This document shows positions 22,689-32,224 of a stretch of DNA of 64,000 nucleotides, one piece after another (the first letter of the stretch is position 1; the number at the start of each line of letters is the position of its first letter). The DNA is from Actinomycetota bacterium. Its GTDB lineage: Bacteria > Actinomycetota > AC-67. The position numbers and the translations under genes are program-made. The notes under the pieces are model-generated. The model saw only the letters and a list, made by a program, of their open reading frames with translations, had not been told where the DNA came from and ran no database searches. The stretch is taken from NCBI GenBank assembly GCA_036397035.1, contig DASWJS010000021.1, positions 788-64,787 on the forward strand, read 5' to 3'.

Positions 22689-25345
22689 GCTTCGACCGTC
22701 CGCTCTGGCTGCTGGCGCTCGTGCCAGCGCTCGGCGTCACGTGGTTCGTCCACGCGATCGGGCACCTGTCGGTCGCGCGCCTGCAACGGCGGATCGCCCT
22801 CGGCGTGCGGACCGCGATCGTGGCGGCGCTGGTGCTGGCGCTCGCCGGCCTTCGGCTCGGCGCCGGCGGCGATCACGTCGCGGTCGTCTTCCTCGTGGAC
22901 CGCTCGGACTCGGTGGGCATCGCCGGCGCGAGCGTGGCCCGCGACTTCATCGCCGAGGTGCTCGCGGCCAAGCCGCGCACCGACCTCGCCGGCGTCGTGG
23001 CCTTCGGCGCCGAGCCGCGCCTGGAGTTCGGGCTGACCGACGCGCCTGCGTTCACGCAACTGACCGCGGTGCCGGCCGCGAACGCGACCGACCTGGCGCG
23101 CGCGCTGCGGCTCGCCGCGGCGCTCTTCCCGGAAGGCGCGCGCCGCCGCGTCGTCGTGCTGAGCGACGGGCGCGAGACCGACGGGGACGCGCGCCGGGAG
23201 GCCGAACGGCTCGCCGACCTCGGCATCGTCGTGGAGTCGGTGGTCCTGGACGCCTCGTCGGGGAACGACGCGCTGATCGAGGCGGTGACCGCGCCGGGCA
23301 AGGTGCGCAAGGGCGAGCGGTACCGGGTCTCGGTCACGGTGTCGGGCCCCGGCGGTCCCGCGTTCGTCGAGCTGTTCCGGGACGGGAGGCTGATCGAGTC
23401 GCTCGACCTGCTGCTGAAGCCGGGCCGCACGACGATCCCGTTCACCGAGCGCGCGACCGCGACGGGCGTGCACACCTACGAGGCGCGGCTCACGACGACC
23501 GACGACGCCGTGCCGGAGAACGACCGGGGACTCGCGGCGGTCGTCGTCGAGGGCGTCCCGCGCGTGCTGGTGATCGAAGGGAGCCGGGGCGAGGGGCGCG
23601 CGCTCGCGCGCGCGCTGCGCGCCGGACGGTTGCGGGTCGACGTCGGCAGCCCGCCGTCGCTCCCGCCGCTCACGCAGTTGCTCGGGTACCAGGCGACGGT
23701 GCTGGTGGACGTGCCCGCGCACGCGCTGTCGCCCGGCCAGGTGCGAACGCTCGGCGCCGCGGTGGTCGACGCGGGAGCGGGGCTCGTCACCGTCGGCGGC
23801 GAAAGCTCCTACGGGGTCGGGGCCTATCGCGGGAGCGAGCTGGAGAAGCTCCTGCCGGTGAACAGCGAGCTGACCGACCCGAAGCGGCGACCCTCGATCG
23901 CCGAAGCGCTCGTCGTGGACACCTCGGGAAGCATGGGCGTCGAGGGTGGCGTAAACAAGACCGACCTGTCGCGCGCGGGGCTCGCGCGGGCGATCGGGTC
24001 GCTGTCGCCGGAGGACACCATCGGCGTGCTCGCGTTCAATACGCGGTCGTCGTGGATCATCGACCTGCAGCAGTTGCCGCCGCCCGAGACGGTGCGCGCG
24101 GGCTTGCAGCGGCTCACGCCGGGGGGCGGCACCGACATCGCGCAAGCGGTGCAGCACGCCGTGCGCGATCTCGCCGAGCAGGACACGAAGCTGAAGCACA
24201 TCGTGCTGTTCACCGACGGCTTCTCCGACGACTCGCGGCTCGTCTCGATCGCCGAGCAGGCCGCCGACGAGCACCGGATCACGCTCTCGGTCGTCGCGAT
24301 CGGGCGGCAGACGGCGGGCGTGCTGCCCGGGATGGCCGAGGCCGGCAAGGGACGCTTCTACGCGATCAAGCGGCTCACCGACGTGCCCGAGGTCATCACC
24401 GAGGAAGTCCTGCGCGCGAGCCGCAACTTCATCAACGAAGGGGTCTTCCCGCCGCTGCTCGCCGAGCCGTCCGCGCTGACCGAGCTGATCGGCTCGGCGC
24501 CGGCGCTGCTCGGCTACGTCGCCACCTCGCCCAAGGAAACCGCGACCGTGGCGCTGGCGATCGGTAAGGAACAGGATCCGCTGCTGGCGTCGTGGCACGC
24601 GGGACTCGGCACGGCGGTGTCCTGGACGAGCGACGCGAAGGCGCGCTGGTCGAAGCGCTGGACCGGCTGGCGCGGGTTCCGCGACGCGTGGACGAACATC
24701 GTGCGATCGACGTTCCCCACCGGCGGCACGGCGCCCTTCGGGACGGAGGCCCGCTTCGACGGCGACCGCCTTCGCATCGCCGTGGCCGGCGAGGCGGTCC
24801 CGGGCGCCCTCGAAGCGACGGCGCGCGTGATCGATCCCGCGCTCGGCGTCGTCGACCTGCGCCTGGACCGGACGGGGCCGGCGTCGTTCAGCGCCCGCCT
24901 GCCGGCACGGGACGAAGGCTCCTACGTCGTGCTGACGTCGGTGACCGCGGGCGGCGCCGTCGTTTACCGCGACACCATCGCCGCCACCCGCTCCTACTCG
25001 ACCGAGTACCTGTCGGCGGGGCCGGACCGCGCGCTGCTCGCCGACCTCGCCGCCGCGACCGGCGGGCGCGACGAGGTCGAGCCGGCGACGGCGTTCGACC
25101 CGGCCGGCCTCACGCGCAGCGACGCGCGGACGGCGCTATGGCCGTTGCTCGCGCTGCTCGCGGCGCTGCTGTGGCCGGTGGACATCGGCCTGCGGCGGCT
25201 CGCCCTCAGCAGGCACGACGTGCGCGCGATCGTGGGGAGCCTCAGGCGGCACCGCGGCGATCATGCGCCCGCCGAGGTCGACGAGCGGGTCGAGCGCCTG
25301 CGCGCCGCGCGGGAGCGGGCGCGCCAAGACCTCGATCAGACCTGA
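22685..25345 (+). CDS. Large membrane-anchored protein with two vWA domains (BatB-like, 886 aa)
   Basis: N-terminal TM helices. First vWA motif FLVDRSDSVG, second vWA motif VVDTSGSMG, and a C-terminal TM segment (LWPLLALLAALLWPV). ATGA overlap with the upstream gene. Last gene of the eight-gene operon. Confidence 0.75.
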   Translation: MSFDRPLWLLALVPALGVTWFVHAIGHLSVARLQRRIALGVRTAIVAALVLALAGLRLGAGGDHVAVVFLVDRSDSVGIAGASVARDFIAEVLAAKPRTDLAGVVAFGAEPRLEFGLTDAPAFTQLTAVPAANATDLARALRLAAALFPEGARRRVVVLSDGRETDGDARREAERLADLGIVVESVVLDASSGNDALIEAVTAPGKVRKGERYRVSVTVSGPGGPAFVELFRDGRLIESLDLLLKPGRTTIPFTERATATGVHTYEARLTTTDDAVPENDRGLAAVVVEGVPRVLVIEGSRGEGRALARALRAGRLRVDVGSPPSLPPLTQLLGYQATVLVDVPAHALSPGQVRTLGAAVVDAGAGLVTVGGESSYGVGAYRGSELEKLLPVNSELTDPKRRPSIAEALVVDTSGSMGVEGGVNKTDLSRAGLARAIGSLSPEDTIGVLAFNTRSSWIIDLQQLPPPETVRAGLQRLTPGGGTDIAQAVQHAVRDLAEQDTKLKHIVLFTDGFSDDSRLVSIAEQAADEHRITLSVVAIGRQTAGVLPGMAEAGKGRFYAIKRLTDVPEVITEEVLRASRNFINEGVFPPLLAEPSALTELIGSAPALLGYVATSPKETATVALAIGKEQDPLLASWHAGLGTAVSWTSDAKARWSKRWTGWRGFRDAWTNIVRSTFPTGGTAPFGTEARFDGDRLRIAVAGEAVPGALEATARVIDPALGVVDLRLDRTGPASFSARLPARDEGSYVVLTSVTAGGAVVYRDTIAATRSYSTEYLSAGPDRALLADLAAATGGRDEVEPATAFDPAGLTRSDARTALWPLLALLAALLWPVDIGLRRLALSRHDVRAIVGSLRRHRGDHAPAEVDERVERLRAARERARQDLDQT

Positions 25346-25355
25346 GAGCCGCCGG

Positions 25356-27029
25356 TCAGTCGCAGACCGCGCCGCGGGCGGCGCTCGAGACGAGCTTCGC
25401 GTACTTGCCCAGGGCGCCGGACGTGTAGCGCGGCTCGGGCGGCTTCCAGCCCGCCCGCCGCTCCTCCAGCGTCGCCTCGGCGACCTCGACGTCGAGCCGC
25501 CTGTTCGGCACGTCCAGCACGATCGGGTCGCCCTCGGCGACGAGCCCGATCGGCCCGCCGTCCACCGACTCGGGCGCCGCATGGGCGACCATGAACCCGT
25601 GCGTCGCGCCGCTGAAGCGGCCGTCGGTGATCAGGCACACGTCCTTGCCGAGCCCCGCGCCGGCAACCGCGGCGGTCACGGCGAGCATCTCGCGCATCCC
25701 CGGGCCGCCGCGCGGGCCCTCGTTGCGAATCACGATCACGTCCCCGCGCTTGATGCGGCCGCCCGTGACCGCCGCGAAGGCGTCCTCCTCGCACTCGAAC
25801 ACGCGCGCCGGGCCGCGGAAGACCGTGCCCTCCATGCCGGCGATCTTCGCGACGGCGCCGTCGGGCGCCAGGCTCCCCCGGACGATGGCAAGCCCGCCGC
25901 TGGCGTGGATCGGATCGGCGAGCGGGCGCACGATGCTCGCGTCCGAGGGTGCGGCCACGCCGGCGAGGTTCTCGGCGACGCTCGCGCCGGTGACCGTGAT
26001 CGGGTCGCCGTGCAGCAAGCCGGCGTCCAGCAGCTCGCGCATCACCGCCGGGATGCCGCCGACGCGGTCCAGGTCGAGCATCACGAACCGGCCCCACGGC
26101 TTCATGTCGGCCACGATCGGGGTCCGCCGCGCGATGCGGTCGAAGTCGTCCAGCGCCAGGTCGGTCCCGGCGGTGTGGGCGATCGCAAGCAGGTGCAGCA
26201 CCGCGTTCGTCGAGCCGCCGCACGCGACGACGACGGCGATCGCGTTCTCGAACGCCTCCTTGGTCAGGACGTCGCGCGGCCGGATGCCCGCCTCCAGCAG
26301 CGCGAGCGCCGCGACCCCGCTCTGCTCGGCGAACGCGTCGCGGCGCGGATCGACGGCCGACGGGCCGCTCGACCCGGGCAGCGACAGGCCCAGCGCCTCG
26401 ATGGCCGCGGCCATCGTGTTGGCGGTGAACATCCCGCCGCACGAGCCCGCACCCGGGCACGCGTTGCGTTCCAGCTCCAGCAGCTCCTCGTCGGTCATCC
26501 CGCCCGCGGCGTGCGTGCCCACGGCCTCGAACACGTCCTGGATCGTGACGTCGTGGCCGTGGAAGGTGCCGGGCAGGATCGTGCCCCCGTAGAGGAAGAT
26601 GCTCGGGATGTTGAGCCGCGTCGCGCCCATCACCATGCCCGGCAGGGACTTGTCGCAGCCGGCGATGGTCACCAGGGCGTCGAAGCGCTCCGCGTGCGCG
26701 ACCAGCTCGACCGAGTCGGCGATCAGCTCCCGGCTCACCAGGGAGGCGCGCATCCCTTCGTGGCCCATGGAGATGCCGTCCGACACGGCGATCGTCGTGT
26801 ACTCGACCGGGACCGCGCCCGCGGCTCGCACGCCTTTCTTCGCGGCGGCCGCGAGCCGGTTCAGGTGGACGTTGCAGGGCGTGACTTCGTTCCAGGACGA
26901 CGCCACGCCGATCTGCGGCTTGCCGAAGTCCTCCTCGCTGAACCCGACCGCGCGCAGCATCGCGCGCGCCGGCGCGCGCGACGGGCCTTCGGTCACGTCG
27001 CGGCTTCGATGACGAACGTCGCCGCTCAC
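25356..27029 (-). CDS. ilvD: Dihydroxy-acid dehydratase
   Basis: Full-length IlvD/EDD family protein with the Fe-S cluster Cys motifs ([23 protein letters not shown]) and SGATHG near the C-terminus. Confidence 0.95.
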   Translation of the reverse strand: MSGDVRHRSRDVTEGPSRAPARAMLRAVGFSEEDFGKPQIGVASSWNEVTPCNVHLNRLAAAAKKGVRAAGAVPVEYTTIAVSDGISMGHEGMRASLVSRELIADSVELVAHAERFDALVTIAGCDKSLPGMVMGATRLNIPSIFLYGGTILPGTFHGHDVTIQDVFEAVGTHAAGGMTDEELLELERNACPGAGSCGGMFTANTMAAAIEALGLSLPGSSGPSAVDPRRDAFAEQSGVAALALLEAGIRPRDVLTKEAFENAIAVVVACGGSTNAVLHLLAIAHTAGTDLALDDFDRIARRTPIVADMKPWGRFVMLDLDRVGGIPAVMRELLDAGLLHGDPITVTGASVAENLAGVAAPSDASIVRPLADPIHASGGLAIVRGSLAPDGAVAKIAGMEGTVFRGPARVFECEEDAFAAVTGGRIKRGDVIVIRNEGPRGGPGMREMLAVTAAVAGAGLGKDVCLITDGRFSGATHGFMVAHAAPESVDGGPIGLVAEGDPIVLDVPNRRLDVEVAEATLEERRAGWKPPEPRYTSGALGKYAKLVSSAARGAVCD

Positions 27030-28555
27030 GTCGGGTTCGTCGTCAGCGCGATGCGCGCGGTCGTGGCGTCGGCGTGGATCGCGAACGCGGAGAACAGGTC
27101 GAAGAAGGCGGTCATGTCCTCGATCTCCTCCGGCGTCATGCCCGCCGTCGGAATCAGCGCGCGGACGGCCTGGAGGTCGACGTAGAGCTGGAAGAACGTC
27201 GAGTCCGACGCGGGCCCGACGGCGGCCCGGTAGCGAGCATCGCCGGACAGCGGCTCGTCCGCGGCACGCAGCAGGCCCCGCGCGAACCGCTCGCGCGTCG
27301 AGACCACGATGCGATCGTCGTTCTCCAGCAGGACGAGCCCGACCACGTCGATCACGATCCGGAAGCCGTCGTTGATCGGCGTCACCTCGGCGCCGTTGTC
27401 GCCGAGCGCTTCGACCAAGCCGGCGGCCGCCTTCGAGGCGCCCGCGTCGGCCTTGTCGATCAGCAACGCCAGCTCCGGGATCGGGAAGACCGACTCCCCG
27501 AACACGGTGGAGACTTCGCCCTGCAGCAACGGCAGGAGGTCGCGCTCGACGTCGATGCCCAGGTCCTCCAGAGGCCCGAGGATCGCGCCGGGATCGGCCC
27601 CGGCCATCGCGGCGATGAACGGGAGCTGCTCGAGCGCGTCTCCGAGCGGCTTGCCGACGCCGAAGACGCTGAGGGCGGCGGTGACGTTCGCCGGGGCCGA
27701 TTCGACCATGTCGAGCGAGCCGCCCGACGCGGACTCGGTGGCGGCGCCGGAGAAGCTGAGAGCGATGCCGGTCTCGTCGGCCGTGAGTCCCGCGGTGACG
27801 ACGCCGGCCGGCGTCGCGGCGGTCAGCCCGGGCAACGACCCCAGCTTCGAGAAGTCGGCGAACGTGAAGAACAACGGGGCCTCTCCGAAGGAGGCGCGGC
27901 CCGCAGCGAAGTCGGGATCGGCGGCGAGCGACTCGCCGTCGGCGCGGTCGGCGATGAACGCGTCGACGGTCGATTCCCGCGGACCGACGAACGCGACGCC
28001 GTCTTCGACCACGACCGCCGAGTCCGGGACACCGGCGAGCGCCGTTTTCGCCGCGGCCTCGTCCTGCACGGCGATCAGGACGATGACGTCCGGCTCGAGG
28101 AAGTTCAGCGTCGGGAGGGCGACGGCGACCTGCGAGCCGATCCAGGGCTCGACGCCGGTCGCGTAGTCGTCCAGCCCTATCTCCCGCGCGATCTCGTCGA
28201 GGGCCTCGTCCAGTCCGTCCTCGACGTCCTGGCGCGCGCCAGCCGGAAGGCGGTCGAGCAGGCGCTGGAGCCCGCCGCGCTCGTCGCCGGACGGCTTGAT
28301 GGTGACCGCCGCGTACGCGCCGACGCCCGAGGGAACGCGCTCGGCGAGATCGACGGGCGGCTCCGAACGGATGGCCACCACCGCGGCGCTCACCGTCAGC
28401 AGCGCGGCCACGCCGACCGCGATGACGATCCAGCTTCCGGTCCTGGACTTCGGCGCGGCCGGCTCCGGCGCGATCACGCTCGAGTCGCCCGGCGTCACCT
28501 CGTCCGGCGTCGCGTCGCCGTTCGGCGCCCGATCGTCACTCGGGATGTCGCTCAT
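27026..28555 (-). CDS. Hypothetical membrane-anchored protein, co-directional with ilvD and overlapping it
   Basis: Probable start MSDIPSDD at 28555, preceded by GGGAGGG. One TM helix ([22 protein letters not shown]), then a large Asp/Ala/Gly-rich extracytoplasmic domain. The stop overlaps the ilvD start. Confidence 0.5.
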   Translation of the reverse strand: MSDIPSDDRAPNGDATPDEVTPGDSSVIAPEPAAPKSRTGSWIVIAVGVAALLTVSAAVVAIRSEPPVDLAERVPSGVGAYAAVTIKPSGDERGGLQRLLDRLPAGARQDVEDGLDEALDEIAREIGLDDYATGVEPWIGSQVAVALPTLNFLEPDVIVLIAVQDEAAAKTALAGVPDSAVVVEDGVAFVGPRESTVDAFIADRADGESLAADPDFAAGRASFGEAPLFFTFADFSKLGSLPGLTAATPAGVVTAGLTADETGIALSFSGAATESASGGSLDMVESAPANVTAALSVFGVGKPLGDALEQLPFIAAMAGADPGAILGPLEDLGIDVERDLLPLLQGEVSTVFGESVFPIPELALLIDKADAGASKAAAGLVEALGDNGAEVTPINDGFRIVIDVVGLVLLENDDRIVVSTRERFARGLLRAADEPLSGDARYRAAVGPASDSTFFQLYVDLQAVRALIPTAGMTPEEIEDMTAFFDLFSAFAIHADATTARIALTTNPT

Positions 28556-28661
28556 CGAATCCCTCCCACATCCTTCGGGCACATCCTTCGGGCACGTCCT
28601 TCGGGAACCCGTGGAGCCTACCTCCTCGGCCCCGCGAACGCGGGAGGGCGTTCCGGCCGCG

Positions 28662-29753
28662 TTACGGGTCCAGACGGTAGAAGCGGAGCATGGGGTGCTC
28701 GATCTGGTCGAGCACCGTCGTCGCTCCGAAGCCTGCTTCGCCGGCATACCGGCGCAGGGTGTCGGGACGCATGACGGTGCCCGTGGCCGCCGACGGCTCG
28801 TCCGACAGGCCCGCCGGCAGGCAGCACAGGATGCTCGCGGCGTACATGAAGCGGTCGATCTCGTCGGCGGGCGCGGTGAAGACCTCGCCGACTCGCTCGT
28901 CGGCGATGATCGCGGTCCCGCCGGGCGCGAGCATGGCCCGCACCGCGCCGAGCACCTCGACCGGTCTCGACAGGTCGTGGATCGCCTCGATCACGACGGC
29001 GAGGTCGTAGCGGCCGCGGTTGGCCGGGTCGGCTGCGTCACGCGTCTCGAACGTCACGCGGTCGGCCACGCCGGCGTCGGCGGCGTTCTTGCGCGCGAGC
29101 CCGATCGAATACTCGTCGAGGTCGAAGCCGTCGACGGTGAGGTGAGGATAGGCGCGCGCGATCGCGATCGCGGCCCATCCGGCGCCGCAGGCCACGTCGG
29201 CGACCCGGGCGGGATTCGCCGTGTCGGACAGCCGCGCGTGCACGTCCGGCACCGCGGGCAGGAACTCGCTTCCCAGCGACATCAGGAGCCACGGGCGGTT
29301 GAAGTCCCCCTGCGCCTCGATCGCCTCGCTACCGAAGGAGGCCCAGTCCACGCCGCCGCCGGTTCGGAACGCTTCGGCGAGCTTGGGCAGCGTCCCGGCG
29401 ATGGCGCCGGTGATCTTGGCCAGCGGCGCGATCGAATAGGGGCTCTCCGGCTTGACGAGCGCCTCGGCGTGCGCGTCGGGCAACGAATAGCGCCGCTCCT
29501 GCGGCGCCGCGCTCGCGTCCTCGACCTCGACGATGCCCGCGGCGGCTTGCTGCTCGAGCCACTCCTGCGCGTAGCGCCCGGCGACGCCGGTTCGCGCGGC
29601 GAGGTCCGGCGGCGTCGCCGGACCGTCGTCGTGCAGCGCGGCGTAGAGGCCGAACTTGTCGCCGATGTAGACAGTGAGCAGCTCCCAGGCTTGCAGGCCG
29701 GCCGTGAAAAGCCGTCCGACGAACTCCTCCGTCCGCGTGCTCGTGTCGGTCAT
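28662..29753 (-). CDS. SAM-dependent methyltransferase with an N-terminal winged-helix/dimerisation region
   Basis: Class I methyltransferase motif I VADVACGAGWAAIAIA, plus an acidic motif II/III region (DLAVVIEAIHDL). Confidence 0.7.
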   Translation of the reverse strand: MTDTSTRTEEFVGRLFTAGLQAWELLTVYIGDKFGLYAALHDDGPATPPDLAARTGVAGRYAQEWLEQQAAAGIVEVEDASAAPQERRYSLPDAHAEALVKPESPYSIAPLAKITGAIAGTLPKLAEAFRTGGGVDWASFGSEAIEAQGDFNRPWLLMSLGSEFLPAVPDVHARLSDTANPARVADVACGAGWAAIAIARAYPHLTVDGFDLDEYSIGLARKNAADAGVADRVTFETRDAADPANRGRYDLAVVIEAIHDLSRPVEVLGAVRAMLAPGGTAIIADERVGEVFTAPADEIDRFMYAASILCCLPAGLSDEPSAATGTVMRPDTLRRYAGEAGFGATTVLDQIEHPMLRFYRLDP

Positions 29754-29991
29754 GACACCCTCCCGTCTTCCCGTCGCTCGTCCCGCTCCCCCGCGACCGC
29801 GGCGAGGTTCCCGAGCGTGTGCCGCGCGGCCTTCGCCACCATTCGCATCCCGATCCCCGCGAAGCGCGAGCCGAAGAGTCGGAGCATCCCCGGCAAGTGG
29901 CTGATGCGAACGATGCGAAGGGTATAGGAAACGCGCGAGCCGCCCGCGCCGAAGCGACCGCGTGGGCGCTGCGCGGCTCGGCGCGTCCCGG

Positions 29992-30390
29992 CTAGACGTC
30001 CAGCGCGACGATCTGGCGAACCCAGACCGCGACCACCGTCGCGCTCATGGCGACAACGGCCGGACGCGAACCGAGCCAGCGCGCCGGGATGCGAACCCCG
30101 CGCGCCCAGGTGACCCAGCCCGCCACGGCCCCGGCGGCGACGAGCGCCGCCAGCACCGGTCCGAGCGGGTTCCACGCGAACGAGCCCGCGGCGTCCCCGC
30201 GCGCGAGCGCGACGAAGCTGCGCGTGAGCCCGGTCGTCGGCGCGGGGATCCCCCACCGCAGCAGGATCGAGCCCGGCACCCATCGCGGGATGCCGGTCGC
30301 CGCGAACAGCGCCGCGAGGACGACGATGCCCGAGCAGTAGAGCGCGAGCCAGGGCGGCTCGCGCCTCACGCCCGTGGACTCGCTCCTCAC
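29992..30390 (-). CDS. Small hypothetical membrane protein (about 132 aa)
   Basis: Hydrophobic helices (LALYCSGIVVLAALFAATGI, LGPVLAALVAAGAVAGWVTWA). The GTG at 30390 overlaps the stop of the upstream zinc-ribbon protein (GTGA). Confidence 0.4.
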   Translation of the reverse strand: MRSESTGVRREPPWLALYCSGIVVLAALFAATGIPRWVPGSILLRWGIPAPTTGLTRSFVALARGDAAGSFAWNPLGPVLAALVAAGAVAGWVTWARGVRIPARWLGSRPAVVAMSATVVAVWVRQIVALDV

Positions 30391-30743
30391 GACCGGACGA
30401 TCGAGCCGACGGCCGTCAGCAAGAACAGGATCGCGATGACGGTGAACCCGACGCTGATCCAGCCGAGCACGATGCCCGCCGTGGCCATCCCCTCGCCGCC
30501 CAGCGACCGGTCCATGGCGATCTTCCGCTTGGCGTTGTTGCCGATGATGATCGCCGGGACGCCGGTGACGATGCCACAGAGCACGACCGACAGGATGCCA
30601 AGGATCATCGCAGTCGTCGCGCTGCTCTCGGTGCGCGGGGCGGCGTAGCCCGGCGGCTGCACCGAGCCCTGCGGGTGTCCGCAGCTCGGGCATACGACCG
30701 CTTGCTCCGAAACCTGTGCGCCGCAGTTCCCGCAATAGACCAT
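30387..30743 (-). CDS. Small zinc-ribbon membrane protein (118 aa)
   Basis: MVYCGNCGAQVSEQAVVCPSCGHP (CxxC...CxxC zinc ribbon), followed by two TM helices. Strong RBS GGAGGGGG upstream of the ATG. Confidence 0.55.
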   Translation of the reverse strand: MVYCGNCGAQVSEQAVVCPSCGHPQGSVQPPGYAAPRTESSATTAMILGILSVVLCGIVTGVPAIIIGNNAKRKIAMDRSLGGEGMATAGIVLGWISVGFTVIAILFLLTAVGSIVRS

Positions 30744-30766
30744 GGTTCCCCCTCCCCTTCTCCTGT

Positions 30767-32224
30767 TCAGCCGTCCGGCTCGCCCAGCACGTCCGCCAGG
30801 ACGCGCTTGACGACGTCGGGAGCGCCTTGCCCCTTCAGCGCCTTCATCGTCTGACCCATCAGGAAGCCGAAGACTTTCTGCTCGCCCGCGCGGTAGCGCG
30901 CCGCCTCGGCCGCGTGCGCCCCGATCACCTCGCGCACCGCTCCCTCGACGGCGCCGTCGTCGCTCACCTGCTGCAGCCCGCGCTCGGCGATCAGCGCAAG
31001 CGGGTCGGCGCTCTGCTCGTAGGCGTCGAGGAACACCTTCTTCGCCGTGTTCAGGTTGACGACCCCGCCGGCGACGGCCTCGATGAGCGCGGCGAGCTGC
31101 TCGGGCGCGATGCGCGCGGCGCCGATCTCCTCGCCGTGGTCGTTCAGCGCGCGCGACAGCTCGCCGGCCATCCAGACCGCGGCGTCGCGCGCCGGCGCGC
31201 CGGCGGCGAGCAGCGCCTCGAAGTACGCGACGCTCATCGGATGCGCGCCGACGAAGGCGGCCTGCTCGGGCGTCAGCGCGTGCTCGGCGGTCAGGCGCTC
31301 GCGCCGCGCGCGCGGCAGCTCGGGCAACCCGGCGCGCAGCTTCTCCATCCATTCCTCGGCCGGCGCGATCGGCACGAGGTCGGGCTCGGGGAAGTAGCGG
31401 TAGTCGAAGGCCTCTTCCTTCGAGCGCATCGACGAGGTCTTGCCGGTGCCCTCGTCGAAGTGGCGCGTCTCCTGCACGACGGCGTCGCCGCGATCCAGCA
31501 CGCGGGTCTGGCGCTCGATCTCGTAGGCGAGCGCGCGCCCGACCGAGCGGATCGAGTTCATGTTCTTGACTTCGACCTTGACGCCGTAGGCGTCCGCGCC
31601 GGCCCGCCGGAGCGAGACGTTCGCGTCGCAGCGCATCGAGCCTTCGTCCATCCGCACGTCGCTCACGCCGAGCGTCAGCAGGATCGCGCGCAGCTCGGTC
31701 AGGTACGCTTGCGCCTGCTCGGGCGTGCGGATGTCGGGCTCGGAGACGATCTCGACCAGCGGGATGCCCGCGCGGTTGTAGTCGACGAGCGAGTGCGAGG
31801 AGTCGGCGATCCGCCCGGTGGCTCCCACGTGCAAGCTCTTGCCGGTGTCCTCCTCCATGTGCGCGCGCGTGATGCCGACCCGGTGCGTGCCGCCGGCGTC
31901 CTCGATCTCCAGGTGCCCGTCCACGCACAGGGGCAGGTCGTACTGGGAGATCTGGTAGTTCTTCGGCATGTCCGGGTAGAAGTAGTTCTTGCGGTGGAAG
32001 ATCGAGTGCCCGGCGATGCGGCAGCTCAGCGCGAGCCCGATCGTCATCAGGTGCTCGATCGCGCGCTCGTTGGGCACCGGGAGCGAGCCCGGCTGGCCGA
32101 GGCACACCGGGCAGGTCTGCGTGTTGGGCTCGGCCCCGAACGTGGTCGCGCAGCCGCAGAACATCTTGGAGCGCGTGGACAGCTCGACGTGGACCTCCAG
32201 GCCGATGACGGCTTCGTAGGTCAC
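30767..32224 (-). CDS. gatB: Asp-tRNA(Asn)/Glu-tRNA(Gln) amidotransferase subunit B
   Basis: [25 protein letters not shown]... full-length GatB. The GTG overlaps the gatA stop (GTGA). Confidence 0.95.
   Translation of the reverse strand: MTYEAVIGLEVHVELSTRSKMFCGCATTFGAEPNTQTCPVCLGQPGSLPVPNERAIEHLMTIGLALSCRIAGHSIFHRKNYFYPDMPKNYQISQYDLPLCVDGHLEIEDAGGTHRVGITRAHMEEDTGKSLHVGATGRIADSSHSLVDYNRAGIPLVEIVSEPDIRTPEQAQAYLTELRAILLTLGVSDVRMDEGSMRCDANVSLRRAGADAYGVKVEVKNMNSIRSVGRALAYEIERQTRVLDRGDAVVQETRHFDEGTGKTSSMRSKEEAFDYRYFPEPDLVPIAPAEEWMEKLRAGLPELPRARRERLTAEHALTPEQAAFVGAHPMSVAYFEALLAAGAPARDAAVWMAGELSRALNDHGEEIGAARIAPEQLAALIEAVAGGVVNLNTAKKVFLDAYEQSADPLALIAERGLQQVSDDGAVEGAVREVIGAHAAEAARYRAGEQKVFGFLMGQTMKALKGQGAPDVVKRVLADVLGEPDG

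Noticed and set aside
20511-25582. ORFs 20609..21367, 20742..22286, 22345..22740, 22640..24598, 22741..24567, 24592..25428, 25136..25582
   Set aside because: They overlap the BatA-like and double-vWA genes in other frames or on the other strand. Low-complexity composition only.
25263-27185. ORFs 25263..27185 (+), 25336..26460 (-) and 25591..26592 (+) over ilvD
   Set aside because: ilvD identity is unambiguous in its own frame. These ORFs are its shadows.
29750-30735. ORF 29750..30283 (-) and the full 29992..30735 (-) frame
   Set aside because: Only the C-terminal hydrophobic part of the 29992 frame looks protein-like (kept as 29992..30390). The 29750..30283 ORF is Arg/Gly-rich and overlaps it out of frame. 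A genuine small gene may still lie in the 29754-29991 gap, but it is unsupported.
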